Shown: piece after piece, positions 47,942 to 57,247 of the stretch | Position numbering within the stretch: the first letter of the stretch is position 1 | Layout of the letters: the number at the start of each line of letters is the position of its first letter | Assembly: GCA_017434825.1 (NCBI GenBank) | Contig: JAFSGC010000012.1 | Location: 3,012-67,011, forward strand | Reading direction: 5' to 3' | Source: Bacilli bacterium | GTDB lineage: Bacteria; Bacillota_I; Bacilli_A; RF39; UBA660 | Length of the DNA: 64,000 nucleotides | Notes under the pieces: generated by a model | The model's input: only the letters and a program-made list of their open reading frames with translations | What the model was told of the DNA's origin: nothing | Databases searched by the model: none | Translations under genes and position numbers: made by a program

Positions 47942-48658
47942 TCACCATAGCACAGGATTTTTAAAGCACTCTAATGCGGTATCAGTTTTTGTATAAATAT
48001 TGTACTCTTTATACGTAATTGCCCTCGGAGCATATAAATTTTCTCGTTGTAAAAAGAATGGCTGGGCATATAAATTCCCATATGAATCTCTAAAAAGAAT
48101 AGATAATTCACTACTAAGACTGCTAAATATTTTACTATCGGGCAAATATGCAATATCAATTAAAATCGAAGTCCCTTTCAACACCTTTCTATCAAATAAA
48201 TAATTATAATTAACAGCTTTATTTTCTACAAATAATTTTATTGATTCAACATCACACAGCATATTATTTCTTTGTGAAGTTACACATATGTCCAAGTAAT
48301 CGATATCTGTATTACCAATATTCTTAAGGCAAAATCTTAAATGTTTATATTTTTCCTTGTTAAGAACATCCTTAAAGTAATAAAACTCGACATTGGTTTT
48401 ATCTTTGGCTACATTCGCTATAAAATCTGTCATAAACAGGTCTATATGTGGTATTGATTCATAATTATCTAGACCGTTAACAATTACAAACTCCGGCTTA
48501 TTTTCAAATTGATTTCTCTTGTTCTTTTTCTTTTCTTGCTTTTCGTTATACTTCCTATCACTTCTTCTAAAAAAAATTTGAATTATTGTCGACACCAATA
48601 AAGTCAATAACGATGCAAGTATAGCATTATTATTAATATAATTTAAAATTTCTTTCAT
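47942..48658 (-). CDS. membrane-anchored hypothetical protein
   Basis: I placed the start at MKEILNY, behind SD ggggga (the track ORF extends to 48673). It has a TM helix (AILASLLTLLVSTIIQIFF), a Lys/Glu-rich linker, and a beta-rich domain of about 170 aa. No family recognised. Confidence 0.6.
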   Translation of the reverse strand: MKEILNYINNNAILASLLTLLVSTIIQIFFRRSDRKYNEKQEKKKNKRNQFENKPEFVIVNGLDNYESIPHIDLFMTDFIANVAKDKTNVEFYYFKDVLNKEKYKHLRFCLKNIGNTDIDYLDICVTSQRNNMLCDVESIKLFVENKAVNYNYLFDRKVLKGTSILIDIAYLPDSKIFSSLSSELSILFRDSYGNLYAQPFFLQRENLYAPRAITYKEYNIYTKTDTALECFKNPVLW

Positions 48659-48762
48659 ATTTCCCCCAAACATAAAAATAGAGCATAATTCATCATTAAA
48701 ATGAAATACACTCTACTATATACGTTTATTATATCATATTTTTATAAATCAGACGATATTTT

Positions 48763-50913
48763 CTAATCCTTATCCGTAAACAAAATACAAAAATTAGATA
48801 GATCTATTTGATATTTATTAAATAGTTCTCTGATCCACCAAAATAACATGTGTCTACTATATCCTGTTTCTATAAATAAATCGGGTGTAATTTCTGTTTG
48901 CCATTGATTATCTCTTTCTTTGGAGAATACAATCTTGGTACCATATTCAAACTTAAATCTTCTTTCTGCCAACTCATCTAATATAGCTGGATTTGTTGAA
49001 TATAATATTTTAACCATCTCTACATATATATTTTTAAAATAAGAAGCTCTGTATTTTACACCATCATATTGGAATCCATATAATTTATAATTAGGATTAT
49101 CAACGTATTCATCAGCATCATCATCAGGATTATCTATATAAAATTCATAAAATTTTTCAAATTCTAAAGATGTATCAATATTTTGAGGGTACGGATATTT
49201 ATCTATTATTATTTCTGATAATCTATCTGCTCTATCAATAATTTCTTTTTCTCCCCAAAAATTAATTTCTTCATCTAATAACTCTTTATTTAATCTTGTA
49301 ATCTTTGTTTTATCTTCATCTATATATGATTTAAACATTTTCTTCTTTTCATCAAAAGGATAATTACTATATTCTGAATTATATCCAGTAATAGATAAAT
49401 TTCCTAATGTATGAACATATTTGTCATATATTTCTTGATATTTATCTTCACCTAAATTTTTCTTCCATTGATTACTTAAAGTTTCTGGTAAAATATGTTC
49501 TATCGTTAAATCTGACATATCAACAGGCTCTTTATTATCGTTTTCAATGATGTCAAAGAAATATCTAAGTACCCTTGATTTTTTATACATGTTTTTATAA
49601 TGCAATCCCTCATTAAATGTTGAATCACTTGGCATTTTATCATAAGTACTTAAAGTACAAATATACGCTTCTAGAGCTTTATAATATTTTGCTAAATTAG
49701 ATTTATTTTTTTCAAATACTCTATCATATAAACCAGCATAAAATCTTCTTAAACTTGATGATGGTATTTCTGCAACCGCTCTTCTTAATGCATAATTACC
49801 AAACAAGAATAAAATATCATTAAATTCTTTTTCTTTTACTCTAATTTGTTCAGCTTCCTCACTTGATAAACTTTCTTTATATAATTTTTGAACATCTTTA
49901 AAATCATTACACACATTTAAAAGAAACGGATAAATTGTACTGTGTTTTAACAAACCAAAAAGTGAACACAATTCATTACTCTTTTTACTATATGTTCTAG
50001 AATTATTACAAACTATTAATTTATAATATTCTCCATATCTAATGATTTCTTCAAAAACATCTTCCTGATTATTAACTAATCTATAATAGTTTTTAAAGTT
50101 TTCATAAACTTTTGATTCTTCAATATATCTTGTATCTTTCATAACAAGGAAATCATAAAAGAATTTTTCGACATTTTCCTTACCAATATCATTTTGTAAT
50201 TTTACCCAATACTTTTTATAATACTCTCTTTGTTTTCCTGCATCTTTAATACCCATTAATAAGAAGTTGCGTATTAAATCTGAAGTTTCAAGATTCATAC
50301 CAGTAGAGTTTATACTTTCAAAAATTAATTGAGCATCATCTTCTTCAGCTAGAATTATTTCAACAATTTCAAGATTTGTAATTCCTTCAAATATTTCGTC
50401 TACTGTCATCCCATCTTCAATTACTTTTTTTAATCTATCTTTAAAATTAAAATAGTTAATTGAAATGTTAGAGGTTGAATCTAAATCATCTATACTACCC
50501 ATTAATACTTTTTCAAGTTCTTCATTATCACTGTCAATAGATTTTAATTTTATTTTATATCTATCTTCACAATTGTCATTATATAAAGAATTATAAATTC
50601 TATTTTTTATTCTTTGATTCTCATCATTGCCAATAGAATCATATAAAGCTTTTAATAATAAGATAACTGTAGTTAATCTTTGTTGACCATCTATTATTGG
50701 GCAAAAAGAGAAATTATCTTCTGTTTTTTCAGAATATACTAAACTACCTAAATAATGATTTCTTTCTTTTTTTACACTATCAATAATATCATCAAATAAT
50801 TGGTTACATTGTTGTTTTTTCCACGAATAAGATCTTTGATATACAGGAATAGTATATTGTCTATAAGTTTGTTCAATTATTTTTGTATATAATTTTCTAT
50901 TAAACGCTTGCAT
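48763..50913 (-). CDS. GmrSD-type DUF262/DUF1524 nuclease (putative type IV modification-dependent restriction enzyme)
   Basis: Has the N-terminal DUF262 motifs IPVYQRSYSW and IDGQQRLTT. The C-terminal DUF1524 His-Me finger is TIEHILPE...HTLGNLSITGYNSEYSN. It has a strong SD (aggagga) and starts 8 nt after the dpnB-like stop. Confidence 0.85.
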   Translation of the reverse strand: MQAFNRKLYTKIIEQTYRQYTIPVYQRSYSWKKQQCNQLFDDIIDSVKKERNHYLGSLVYSEKTEDNFSFCPIIDGQQRLTTVILLLKALYDSIGNDENQRIKNRIYNSLYNDNCEDRYKIKLKSIDSDNEELEKVLMGSIDDLDSTSNISINYFNFKDRLKKVIEDGMTVDEIFEGITNLEIVEIILAEEDDAQLIFESINSTGMNLETSDLIRNFLLMGIKDAGKQREYYKKYWVKLQNDIGKENVEKFFYDFLVMKDTRYIEESKVYENFKNYYRLVNNQEDVFEEIIRYGEYYKLIVCNNSRTYSKKSNELCSLFGLLKHSTIYPFLLNVCNDFKDVQKLYKESLSSEEAEQIRVKEKEFNDILFLFGNYALRRAVAEIPSSSLRRFYAGLYDRVFEKNKSNLAKYYKALEAYICTLSTYDKMPSDSTFNEGLHYKNMYKKSRVLRYFFDIIENDNKEPVDMSDLTIEHILPETLSNQWKKNLGEDKYQEIYDKYVHTLGNLSITGYNSEYSNYPFDEKKKMFKSYIDEDKTKITRLNKELLDEEINFWGEKEIIDRADRLSEIIIDKYPYPQNIDTSLEFEKFYEFYIDNPDDDADEYVDNPNYKLYGFQYDGVKYRASYFKNIYVEMVKILYSTNPAILDELAERRFKFEYGTKIVFSKERDNQWQTEITPDLFIETGYSRHMLFWWIRELFNKYQIDLSNFCILFTDKD

Positions 50914-50921
50914 AATTCCTC

Positions 50922-51860
50922 CTAATTGAAATACTCACTTATTATTTCTTCAAGCATACCAATTTTAGACAAATGATAATTCATTAAGTTATCCAAATTT
51001 CTAAATCCTTTTTGCAACTGATTTTTAGCTTTATTATCCCAACACATACCGTCAGTTAACAAAGCAAAACCAATATTTATTTTTGCCAAGTCATTTTGTC
51101 TATTAATATAGCTATCAATAATTTCCTCTGGTTTGGACCCGCCTCTAAAGAAATAATCAACTTCTATGTTTAAAATCTTTTCATTTTTTACAAGAATAAA
51201 ATCAGCTTTTCTATTAGCAACATCTTCTGAAATCTCGAATCCAAGCTCACGCAATACCTTAAATTGTTTTTGTGAAATTAATTTAATTCCATAATGGTCA
51301 CATATTTCGCTAATTATAGGTTCACAAGCATCTTCAAATGCGGTTCCACCTCTATTTTTTCTACCGTTTGTATCTAATCCAACAAGGACTCCTATCACGT
51401 AATCAATTACACTTTTCGTCAAAAGGTTTTCAAATAAATGTTTTAATCCTATTCTATCAAACAAGATATAATATTCATCAATCTTTGAATCATCCAAACC
51501 TTTTTTTAATTCTAAAACATTAAAATCATATTTAAAGTTATCATTTCCATCAAGTTGTTCATTTACTACTAATAAACTATTTTTACCATTCCATACATCT
51601 TGTCGTTCATTTTTAGACAAAGCAAATAACAATGGAAAAGTAGCTATAAATGTTGGTAACTTTTTAGCTAATTCATAAAACTTACTTTTTATATCGTCAG
51701 TTCTAATTAATACGTTCATTGCGTTCAATTCTATCTCAAAATCTTTATAATCCTCGGCATTCTCCCAATTGACATAAAAATCAAATCCCCTATTCGTTTC
51801 GACCAAATTATCAACAAATAATTCTGATATTTTTTCAATTTCCATTTCTTTAAATTTCAT
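50922..51860 (-). CDS. dpnB: DpnII/MboI-family type II restriction endonuclease (GATC)
   Basis: GVLVGLDTNGRKNRGGTAFE closely matches the R.DpnII block GVEVGMDTNGRKNRTG (from memory). The gene order M-M-R is identical to the pneumococcal DpnII cassette. Confidence 0.8.
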   Translation of the reverse strand: MKFKEMEIEKISELFVDNLVETNRGFDFYVNWENAEDYKDFEIELNAMNVLIRTDDIKSKFYELAKKLPTFIATFPLLFALSKNERQDVWNGKNSLLVVNEQLDGNDNFKYDFNVLELKKGLDDSKIDEYYILFDRIGLKHLFENLLTKSVIDYVIGVLVGLDTNGRKNRGGTAFEDACEPIISEICDHYGIKLISQKQFKVLRELGFEISEDVANRKADFILVKNEKILNIEVDYFFRGGSKPEEIIDSYINRQNDLAKINIGFALLTDGMCWDNKAKNQLQKGFRNLDNLMNYHLSKIGMLEEIISEYFN

Positions 51861-52620
51861 TTTCTTGTACCTTTCTTTTTATCGTTAAATCCAAATATTC
51901 TTTTTCTTTTTCAATTCCAATATACCTTCTATTTAATCTATTAGCAACTATACCGGTTGTTCCACTACCATTAAAAGGATCTAATATTAAATCCCCCTCA
52001 TCAGTTGAAGCAAGTATTAATTTTTCCAATATAACTTCTGGTTTTTGAGTGGGATGCTTACCACATTTCTTTTCACTAGGTTTAGTTAATGATGATTCCC
52101 AGACATCCTTAGCTTGTTTACCACCATTAAGGTCTCTCATTAAATCATAATTAAATTTGTGTTTTGCTTTCTTCAAATCTTTTTTTGCCCATAATATAGT
52201 TTCTGTTGAATGAACAAAAAATCTACAACTTATATTAGGTGGAGGATTTAATTTTCTCCAAGTAATATTATTAATAATTTTAAACCCTTCCTCTTCTAGT
52301 GCCATACCAATCGAATAAATATTGTGCATTGTTCCACTTATCCAAATAGTTCCATTATCTTTTAATATATTAAAACAAAGCTTTATCCATTTTCTATTAA
52401 ATTTATGTTTTTCTTTAATACCAATTTTTTTATCCCATCCCCCTTTATTTACTGAAACCATTTTTCCTCCACTACAAGTGATTCCATCTCCTGATAAAAA
52501 ATATGGTGGATCAGCAAATATCATATCTATGCTTTGAGGTTCTATCTTTTTCAATAATAAAAGTGCATCCCCATGTAGTAATTTGAAATTATCATTATCA
52601 TAATAAAATTTCTTACTCAT
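51850..52620 (-). CDS. dpnA: DNA N6-adenine (beta-class) methyltransferase, DpnA-like
   Basis: Has FADPPYFLS (motif IV) near the N-terminus and DPFNGSGTTG (motif I) near the C-terminus, which is the beta-class order. Confidence 0.85.
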   Translation of the reverse strand: MSKKFYYDNDNFKLLHGDALLLLKKIEPQSIDMIFADPPYFLSGDGITCSGGKMVSVNKGGWDKKIGIKEKHKFNRKWIKLCFNILKDNGTIWISGTMHNIYSIGMALEEEGFKIINNITWRKLNPPPNISCRFFVHSTETILWAKKDLKKAKHKFNYDLMRDLNGGKQAKDVWESSLTKPSEKKCGKHPTQKPEVILEKLILASTDEGDLILDPFNGSGTTGIVANRLNRRYIGIEKEKEYLDLTIKRKVQENEI

Positions 52621-52653
52621 CTAAATGCACCTCCTACTTGTATTATTATACTT

Positions 52654-53508
52654 TTAGTCTTCAAAGCCTTTTTTATTTTCGTAATTTGTTATAATTACTT
52701 CTTCTACTTTGCCCCTTTTCTTTCCGTTTGCATTTATATTTCTTTTCGCTTCAATAACATGAATGTTAAATTCACCATATAATTCATTTATCAATTTGGT
52801 ATTATGATTAGATAACATTACATAACATCCTCTATCAGATAATTCTTTAAAAACTCTTGCAAGTCTAACTTGTTCTTCTTTACCAAAACCCTCCTCTGTA
52901 TAACTATTGAATGTTGATGTATCTGAATCATATGGGGGATCAAAATAAATAAAATCTCCTTTTTTCGCTGTAGAAACAGAACTTTCAAAATCTTCATTCA
53001 GTATTTTTATTTGATTATTAGTTAAATAATAGCTAATTAAATTTAAATTGCTACCTTCATAAGTGTTTACTTTAGTCTTTTTTCCAAAAGGTACATTAAA
53101 TTCTCCTTTACTATTAACTCTATATAAACCATTAAAGCACGCTTTGTTCAAATAAATAGTTCTTGCAGCTCTCGTATAGTCTGCTAATCTTCTGAAAGAA
53201 TTTTTGCTTCTATCTTTATTTCTTAATTCATAGTAATATTCTTCACTGTGATTCGTTTCGTGACTATTTAAAACTCTTATCATTTTATTAAACTTATCTT
53301 CATTACACAAAACCTTATATACATTTATTAATTCCACATTAGAATCATTTATTACAGCCTTTTTAGGAGATAATTCAAAAAATAACGCTCCACCACCTAT
53401 AAATGGTTCGTAATAAGTATCGTATTCTTCTGGTATATATTCCTTAAGTTTATCTATTATCTGTCTTTTTCCACCAGCCCATTTAACAAACGGTTTTCCT
53501 TTAAGCAT
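52654..53508 (-). CDS. dpnM: Dam-family (D12 class) DNA adenine methyltransferase, DpnM-like
   Basis: Has KPFVKWAGGKRQ, EPFIGGGALFF and YFDPPYDSD motifs. I placed the start at MLKGKPF, behind SD aggaggga (the track ORF extends to 53535). Confidence 0.88.
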   Translation of the reverse strand: MLKGKPFVKWAGGKRQIIDKLKEYIPEEYDTYYEPFIGGGALFFELSPKKAVINDSNVELINVYKVLCNEDKFNKMIRVLNSHETNHSEEYYYELRNKDRSKNSFRRLADYTRAARTIYLNKACFNGLYRVNSKGEFNVPFGKKTKVNTYEGSNLNLISYYLTNNQIKILNEDFESSVSTAKKGDFIYFDPPYDSDTSTFNSYTEEGFGKEEQVRLARVFKELSDRGCYVMLSNHNTKLINELYGEFNIHVIEAKRNINANGKKRGKVEEVIITNYENKKGFED

Positions 53509-53727
53509 TTCATTCCCTCCTGAATTTTTAAACACTATATATAGTATATCATAAAATATCTATACTTAACGATTTAATTGACATAGAATTTTAAATTTAT
53601 ATCCTACATTTATTCTGAGATATCCCATTTTAACGAAAATAACTTTCTTAATAATTTATATTACTTAAAATAAAAGTATCACAGAATGAACGTGAGACAT
53701 ATTGAATTATGTTTTTATTTTTTCATA

Positions 53728-54021
53728 TTATATTGGCAATATACCGATTTTTGTTAACAAAATCATAATGATATACATAATACCTAAATTTATTAAATAA
53801 ACAAAAAAATATAAAATTGCTCCAAATGTAGGTGCATCACCAGCTTTATAAAAAATACCGACAATTTTTCTGCTTATTAACACTAAAATTGTATAGAGTG
53901 AAATGACTTCTAATAAAATACTATTGGCTATTGGATTAGCTAATATTGGAATATTATCGATTGTATTGTAACATAGCCATGCTCTAATCAAAAAACTTAT
54001 ACCACTTATTAATTTATACAT
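53728..54021 (-). CDS. small 3-TM membrane protein, hypothetical
   Basis: 97 aa with a strong SD (aaggaggt) and three hydrophobic helices. Confidence 0.6.
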   Translation of the reverse strand: MYKLISGISFLIRAWLCYNTIDNIPILANPIANSILLEVISLYTILVLISRKIVGIFYKAGDAPTFGAILYFFVYLINLGIMYIIMILLTKIGILPI

Positions 54022-54125
54022 ATTATTAAACCTCCTTATGTGATGTTTTATTATAGCTTTTATAAGATTATATTATTTTTTTTATTAATCAGACTTTAAC
54101 TGAAAGCATTCTCATTAATAATTAT

Positions 54126-55862
54126 TTAGTTATTACCATTAATACTAAACAAACAAAGTTTATAACCTTTTTCTACTAATTTTTTACAAGTATTTAAAGT
54201 CATATACTTTGCATAATTTGAACTTATTTTGTTTGAAAAATCCTCCATAAAACCTACAACATAATAAATTTCTAGTTTATCAAATAATTCTATAAATTCC
54301 TCAACAGTTATATTTTGAATTTTTTTATTATTTGGATATTTTCTTTTTATTTCATTATAATACCTTTCAAAAATCTCTTTTTTATTTTCACCTAATAAAT
54401 AATGCCTAATAAATTCAGCAGATGTAAGCACTTGATTCATAACATCCCTAGCGCCTTTACCATCAAACTTATTTTTATTGTGTATTAAATATAAATTATC
54501 CTCATCATAGTATATTAAATCTGCTAATTCAATATTATTACTAAAAATAGTGTGAGCAACTATGATATCATCAGATTCAGAAAAAATTTTGTTATATTTA
54601 TCCTCTGATAAACTTTTATCATCATTTAATAATATTTGATGTAGTTTATCATTAATGTTAATTAATTCATTATAGTTTTTTTTAAACTCTTTATCTAGAT
54701 TTTCGTCATATTTAGAGTCGAACATTAACCAATCACCATTAAATAAGAAAAATGGTACGTTATTTTCATTCTCTACGTATCCCTGTATGCATTGTTTTAT
54801 TTTTGTAGGAAATAAAATCATATCATTATCACTATAAACGCTTAATTCACACTTAAAAAAACTCTCTACCATTGATTTATTAATTTTATCTTTAAAATAT
54901 TCATTAAATAATTCGCTAAATTCTATTGGTTTATCTGATTCATATACTAAATTACCATCCGAACTCATAATTATATACTTATTACCACCTGTACAATATT
55001 CTAAATAATCATCTCCTACCAAAATGAAATTATCAGTTTTTCTTTCTAACATATAACTTATTAAAAGTTCATTTATTATCTTTGGAGAATAACCCTTCTT
55101 TTTTACATTTACAAAATAACCTAACGAAAAATTATCTTCATACTTTTCTATTTCAATCAAATTATCTAATACTATTTTTAATTCAGATAAAGATATAGAC
55201 TTTCTTAATACAAATGAATCTTTGGCGATTACATTTATTACTCTTTTATTCTTTTCTTCTTCTATTTCAATACCTATCAATTTAATAATTTCCTTATTTA
55301 ATTCAATAGATAATTCTCTAAAAATAGAACTCATTTCATTTTCTAAGTTCATTGTTGTAACATTACGGTTAGAGTGTCTACTAGTCAATTTATTACCAGA
55401 TAAATTATTTTCTAATACAGTTTTTATAACAGGACTATCCTCTTTTAATATTTTAGGTAATAATGATAGTCCATAATTTTTCTGTGTATAATCTGAAATG
55501 TAACTACTTCCTAATCCGCCAGTTAAAAGAAAAATATTATTTTCTTTTCTATATGACAATATATAAGAAATATGCGTGTTAGATATATCAATTTCATCAA
55601 TTACAATTTTATTAATCATTCCATACCATGATGGGTAATGAAATGTTTTAAACACAAGACCTTTGAAAAAATCATCTTCTATTTTACTAGTTTTAGTCCT
55701 AGACTTTTTTGAAAGTGTTTTTTCTATATCTTTATATATTTCTTCTTCTAATTGTTCATATGAAGTTATTTTTATATTGCTGTTTTCTGAAAAGTATTTT
55801 ACTGAATTATTGTAATCAACCTTATAAACACTAAATTGAGTTTCGTATTTATTCTTTGCCAT
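54126..55862 (-). CDS. large defence-island protein, TIGR04141/DUF6119-like (sporadically distributed family), possible C-terminal nuclease-like core
   Basis: I placed the start at MAKNKYE, behind SD ggaggt (the track ORF extends to 55874). The C-terminal block IELADLIYYDEDNLYLIHNKNKFDGKGARDVMNQVLTSAEFI resembles the E.cDL....g.LIHVK....S..LSHL..Q motif I recall for that family. The assignment is from memory only. Confidence 0.6.
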   Translation of the reverse strand: MAKNKYETQFSVYKVDYNNSVKYFSENSNIKITSYEQLEEEIYKDIEKTLSKKSRTKTSKIEDDFFKGLVFKTFHYPSWYGMINKIVIDEIDISNTHISYILSYRKENNIFLLTGGLGSSYISDYTQKNYGLSLLPKILKEDSPVIKTVLENNLSGNKLTSRHSNRNVTTMNLENEMSSIFRELSIELNKEIIKLIGIEIEEEKNKRVINVIAKDSFVLRKSISLSELKIVLDNLIEIEKYEDNFSLGYFVNVKKKGYSPKIINELLISYMLERKTDNFILVGDDYLEYCTGGNKYIIMSSDGNLVYESDKPIEFSELFNEYFKDKINKSMVESFFKCELSVYSDNDMILFPTKIKQCIQGYVENENNVPFFLFNGDWLMFDSKYDENLDKEFKKNYNELININDKLHQILLNDDKSLSEDKYNKIFSESDDIIVAHTIFSNNIELADLIYYDEDNLYLIHNKNKFDGKGARDVMNQVLTSAEFIRHYLLGENKKEIFERYYNEIKRKYPNNKKIQNITVEEFIELFDKLEIYYVVGFMEDFSNKISSNYAKYMTLNTCKKLVEKGYKLCLFSINGNN

Positions 55863-56002
55863 TATTACCTCCAAATAAAAAAAGATATCATAATTTTAAT
55901 GATATCTGAGCTATTATAAGTATAGCATAATTTACTTTAAAAATCATCATTTATTACAGTTTGTTTAGGTTTATTAGATACTCGCAAACCCTTATAAACA
56001 AA

Positions 56003-56027
56003 CAAAATGAGACGCCGTAGCGTCTCT
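56003..56027 (-). terminator. intrinsic terminator (GAGACGC-uacg-GCGUCUC plus U-run), probably the ancestral recG terminator
   Basis: A GC-rich hairpin followed by attttgtttg on the minus strand. It abuts the 12-bp direct repeat. Confidence 0.7.
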
Positions 56028-56140
56028 TCAGGGGGACCTAATTTTTTGGTTTCCGAGATGTTCACGACTCGTTAAAACCCTTTATTACTCGTTAATTGTG
56101 CACTTGAGAGCACTCGAAAACACCCTAGCATTTTAGTTTT

Positions 56141-56153
56141 TTCGTATGTAATT
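56141..56153 (+). repeat. arm-type repeat copy (ttcgtatgtaatt)
   Basis: The 13-mer is identical to 59127-59139 and lies about 105 bp inside the left direct repeat. Confidence 0.5.
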
Positions 56154-56188
56154 ATGCAAAGAAAAAGAGCAATTATTTGTTCCGTTTA

Positions 56189-57163
56189 TTATTTATCATT
56201 TGCTTTTAAAGCATTAATAATATTATTCGCTATTCTTTCAATTACAGGAACAGCTACACTATTACCAGCTTGCTTATATAATCTTGCATCACTCATATCT
56301 TCAGGAAGCACATAATTTTTGGGGTATCCCTGTGCATAAAAACATTCGATTGGTTTTAATTTTCTAATGCCATATTTTGTCTTTATCAAAGGAACATTGT
56401 GCCCACCTTCCCCCATGTTAGCAGTTAAAGTTGGTACTAAATTGCTTTGATTCTTTCTGACATATTTTCTTCTCCATTGATATACTGTCTTGTCATCATC
56501 CATATCCTTTTTTAACATATCAATCATTTCTTGTTTATATTTTCCGTCATTATAATAATATTTATCTTCCACTTTATTATCAAAATCAAATATATCTTTG
56601 ATAGTTTTTTTCAATAGAATAGGCATAGGCATTCTAAATTTTTCGTAATCCTGCACATCTCTAAAAGCCACAATGTAAATTCTCTCTCTATTTTGAGGAA
56701 TATTTCCGTACTCACATGCATTTAATACCGAATAACTAATCTTATTTTTATATCCAGCTTTTTCTAATCTATCAATTATTACTCTAAACGTATTTCCATT
56801 ATCGTGACCGACAAGGTTTTTTACATTTTCTAAAAAAATTACGCGTGGTTTTCTTTCTTTAAAAATTCTTTCCATTTCAAAGAATAAATCACCAGTTCTA
56901 TCATCGTCAAATCCCTTACGATATCCAGCTACTGAAAATGAAGTACACGGAAAGCCCCCAACCATAATATCAAAATCAGGAATTTCATTACATTTAACTT
57001 CATGTATATCTCTACAATCAACTTTATTTTTAAAATTTTTTTCATAAGTCTTTACAGCATATGGATCAAATTCATTTGCATAAACAATTTTACATTTTTT
57101 ATTCGATAGGAAACCCAAATCGATTCCCCCTACACCTGCAAATAAACTACAAATTTTATACAT
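56189..57163 (-). CDS. DNA cytosine-5 methyltransferase
   Basis: Has motifs FAGVGG (I), GFPCTSFS (IV), ENV (VI), QNRERIY (VIII) and GNSVAVPV (X). I placed the start at MYKICSLF, behind SD aaagga (the track ORF extends to 57172). Confidence 0.9.
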   Translation of the reverse strand: MYKICSLFAGVGGIDLGFLSNKKCKIVYANEFDPYAVKTYEKNFKNKVDCRDIHEVKCNEIPDFDIMVGGFPCTSFSVAGYRKGFDDDRTGDLFFEMERIFKERKPRVIFLENVKNLVGHDNGNTFRVIIDRLEKAGYKNKISYSVLNACEYGNIPQNRERIYIVAFRDVQDYEKFRMPMPILLKKTIKDIFDFDNKVEDKYYYNDGKYKQEMIDMLKKDMDDDKTVYQWRRKYVRKNQSNLVPTLTANMGEGGHNVPLIKTKYGIRKLKPIECFYAQGYPKNYVLPEDMSDARLYKQAGNSVAVPVIERIANNIINALKANDK

Positions 57164-57182
57164 TGTCATCATCCTTTCTTAA

Positions 57183-57198
57183 CTGCGGCGCGCCGCAG
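57183..57198. promoter_or_regulatory. GC-rich perfect 16-bp palindrome CTGCGGCGCGCCGCAG between the REase and MTase genes
   Basis: It is the only pure G+C-rich palindrome I noticed in this AT-rich window, and it lies about 20 nt upstream of the MTase SD. It contains GCGC, CGCG, GCSGC and GGCGCGCC subsites. Confidence 0.5.
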
Positions 57199-57247
57199 TA
57201 ATTATATCAAAAATTTAAGAGAATATCTATGATTCTCTCAAATATAA

